Source: Candidatus Latescibacterota bacterium
Lineage (GTDB): Bacteria > Latescibacterota > UBA2968 > UBA8231
Reading direction: 5' to 3'
Assembly: GCA_965206595.1 (NCBI GenBank)
Contig: OZ242214.1
Span: 800,001-864,000, forward strand
DNA: 64,000 nucleotides
Under the pieces are notes generated by a model that had not been told where the DNA came from, made no database searches, and was given only the letters and a program-made list of their open reading frames with translations. Of this stretch, positions 61,622-64,000 are shown piece after piece. A program made the position numbers and the translations under genes. Within the stretch, counting starts at the first letter, position 1, and the number at the start of each line of letters is the position of its first letter.

Positions 61622-63778
61622 GTGAGCACGGCTCGCGGAAACAGGGCCGGCCGCGGCCTCTCCGCCGAGTACCGGGAGCACCTGGCGCAACGCGACCGCG
61701 CCTCCCTCGGGCTGCGCTCCGGTGATCTGACCTGGCGGGGATTCTGGATCGGCAGTCTGCTCAGCTTCTTCCTCGCCACCAGCGCCCCGTACGCCAACAT
61801 GGTGCTTGCGGACTACGTGGCGGCGGATTTCGACACTCGGGGCGCCATCTTTCTCTTCTTCCTGCTGATCGGGGGGTTGAACCTCCTGTTAAAGCTTGCC
61901 CGCGGGATGGGCCATGCCCTGTCCCTGGCCGCGGTAACCGCGGCGGGCTGGTCGTGGGCGTACCAGCCTTTCGACGCACTCGATCCCTACTCCCCCGGCC
62001 TCCACTTCTCCAGCCTGCTGGTGCTGGCCACGCTGGCCAACGTCGTTGCCGTGGCGCGGGGCCGCAGCCTCGCTCTCAACCGGTCCGAGCTGATCCTCGT
62101 CTACGCGATGATGCTGATCGTCTCCGCCCTCTGCACCATGGGGATGAGCGAGCAGCTGCCGGGGATGATCTGCGCCCTCTTCTACTACGCCTCGCCGGAG
62201 AACCAGTGGGCGGAGCGGCTGTTCCCGCACCTCGACCGGCGCACCCTCGTAGACGACGGGGCCGGCAACGTACTGTTCTACGAGGGGGTGGGGGAAGGGG
62301 AGATCCCGTACGGCGCCTGGGTCGAGCCGCTGCTCTGGTGGGCGGTCTTCCTGCTGGCCCTGTACGTGGCGATGGTGTCGATCGTCGTGATCCTGCGGCG
62401 CCAGTGGATGGAGCGGGAACGGCTCGCCTATCCGGTAGTGCAGGTCGGGTTGGCGATGATCCGGGGCGAGGACCAGGACCGCCTGGTAAACCGCTTCTTC
62501 AAGAACCCTTCCATGTGGATAGGGTGGTCGGTTCCGATGTTCTTCGGCCTTCTGGGGGCCCTGCAGTCGTACGGTATCAACGTTCCCAGGCCTTCCCTTA
62601 CCTGGACCGCCTCCCTGTTCGGCGTGCAGCCCGTTACCATGGCCATCAACTTCGTCGTCCTGGGGTTCTCCTACCTGATCCACACGCACCTGGCTTTGGG
62701 AATCTGCGTCTTCCACCTGCTGGCCAAGTGCGAGAAGGCCTTCTTCCAGATCGCCGGAATCAACTCGTCGCAGACGATCATCTTCGGAGTGGCCGGCTTT
62801 CCCCTGCTGGGGTACCAGGGAACGGGCGCGCTGATCGCCATGGTCCTGGTCGGCCTGTGGCTGGGCCGCGAGCATCTCAAGGCGGTGGTGCTCAAGGCGG
62901 TCGGCCTGGCGCCGCACGTCGACGACAGCGGCGAGATCATGTCCTACCGCGGCGCCGTAGCCGGAGCCGCGGGGGGAGTTCTGGTGATGGTTGTCTGGCT
63001 CTGGATTATGGGCACGCCGGCGTGGATCTCCCTGGTCTTCGTCGTCGCGGCGCTGCTGATCTTCATCGGCATCACCCGCATCGTGGTAGAGGCCGGCCTG
63101 GTCCAGCTGCGCGCGCCGATATGCGCCCCCGACCTTGTGATCCAGGGGATCGGCTCCAGCCTGGTCGGAACCACCGGAGTGATGAACCTGTCCCTCGCCT
63201 ACCTGTGGGCCGCGGACGTCAGGGTGTTCGTGATGGGCACCTGCGCCAACGCCCTCAAGATGATCGAGGAGATGGACCCCCGCAGCCGGCGCCTGGTGTT
63301 CCTGGCGATCGTCCTGGCGCTGCTGATCGGCGCCCTCGGCTCCCTGTGGATGATCTTCCACCTGACTTACAAGTACGGCGGGATAAACATGAACAGCTGG
63401 TTCTTCCACAGGGGGCCGGCCGTCGCTTACGAGAATGCGGTGCGCAACCTCGAGCCCCAGGGGGTGTACTGGCCGGGGGTGGGGTTTTTCGCCGGCGGGG
63501 GGGTGGCGATGGCGCTGATGATGTTCGCCCGCGCCCGCCTATCCTGGTGGCCTCTCCATCCCATCGGTTTTCCCATAGGCGCCAACCACATGACCGACTG
63601 GGCCTGGTTTTCGGTGTTCCTCGCCTGGGCCATCAAGGTATGCGTGCTGCGCCTCGGAGGGGCGTCCGCGTACCACCGCAGCGTGCCGTTCTTCCTCGGG
63701 ATTCTCACCGGGGAGGTCACGAGCATGGGGGTGTGGCTCGTCGTCGGCTACTTCACCGGAACCATCTCGTACGCCTGA
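61622..63778 (+). CDS. Polytopic membrane protein (DUF6785-like, putative peptide transporter)
   Basis: Many TM segments with ELILVY.M, RRQW...ERL.YP, RIVVEAG and WWPLHPIG motifs. Confidence 0.8.
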   Translation: MSTARGNRAGRGLSAEYREHLAQRDRASLGLRSGDLTWRGFWIGSLLSFFLATSAPYANMVLADYVAADFDTRGAIFLFFLLIGGLNLLLKLARGMGHALSLAAVTAAGWSWAYQPFDALDPYSPGLHFSSLLVLATLANVVAVARGRSLALNRSELILVYAMMLIVSALCTMGMSEQLPGMICALFYYASPENQWAERLFPHLDRRTLVDDGAGNVLFYEGVGEGEIPYGAWVEPLLWWAVFLLALYVAMVSIVVILRRQWMERERLAYPVVQVGLAMIRGEDQDRLVNRFFKNPSMWIGWSVPMFFGLLGALQSYGINVPRPSLTWTASLFGVQPVTMAINFVVLGFSYLIHTHLALGICVFHLLAKCEKAFFQIAGINSSQTIIFGVAGFPLLGYQGTGALIAMVLVGLWLGREHLKAVVLKAVGLAPHVDDSGEIMSYRGAVAGAAGGVLVMVVWLWIMGTPAWISLVFVVAALLIFIGITRIVVEAGLVQLRAPICAPDLVIQGIGSSLVGTTGVMNLSLAYLWAADVRVFVMGTCANALKMIEEMDPRSRRLVFLAIVLALLIGALGSLWMIFHLTYKYGGINMNSWFFHRGPAVAYENAVRNLEPQGVYWPGVGFFAGGGVAMALMMFARARLSWWPLHPIGFPIGANHMTDWAWFSVFLAWAIKVCVLRLGGASAYHRSVPFFLGILTGEVTSMGVWLVVGYFTGTISYA

Positions 63779-64000
63779 GCCCGGCGATTCCCCGCGCCGC
63801 GGATCGCCCTGGCACTAACGGAAGGGGATCCCGTCCCGGTGCCAGGGGAAGCGGAAGCTCGGGGTTGCTGCGTAGCGCTGCATGCCGATGCAGAGCCGGA
63901 CCTGGGCGCCGGGACGCAGGTGCACCTTGAAACAGCCGCCGTCGACGGCGATCTCCTCCCCGTCTCCCGAGACCACTTTTCCGAAGCGGTGCTCTCCGAA

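Overview
GC-rich bacterial chromosomal window. Its gene content (several PhyH dioxygenases, heparinase/sialidase-like enzymes, DUF6785-like and DUF5916-like proteins, a TWGxIK-tailed secreted protein) resembles Latescibacterota/Poribacteria-like organisms; this taxonomy is an inference. 1-15.3 kb: catabolic genes, including a lower-GC GH38-like gene split by an IS1380 copy. About 15.5-32.7 kb: a decaying accessory/defence island abutting the 3' end of tmRNA (32698-33051, minus strand). It holds a truncated Avs-like STAND NTPase, a second near-identical IS1380, a RES/Xre-type toxin-antitoxin pair, a ParB-like + Dam methylase + HEPN operon, SIR2-like and SNF2 helicase remnants, and IS481/IS630/ISL3 elements. 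It also has three copies of a ~140-bp repeat that is the downstream (oriIS-like) end of an IS91-family rolling-circle element; these copies divide the cargo into co-oriented cassettes. 33-64 kb: mostly housekeeping genes (TamA/TamB, Hsp20 with a sigma-54 promoter, pckA, queC, MFS, moaA, CoxD/CoxE-like) plus an unusual FolC-ATP-grasp fusion. All calls come from motif recognition by eye; no database search was run. Several single-base frameshifts in homopolymers may be assembly errors.
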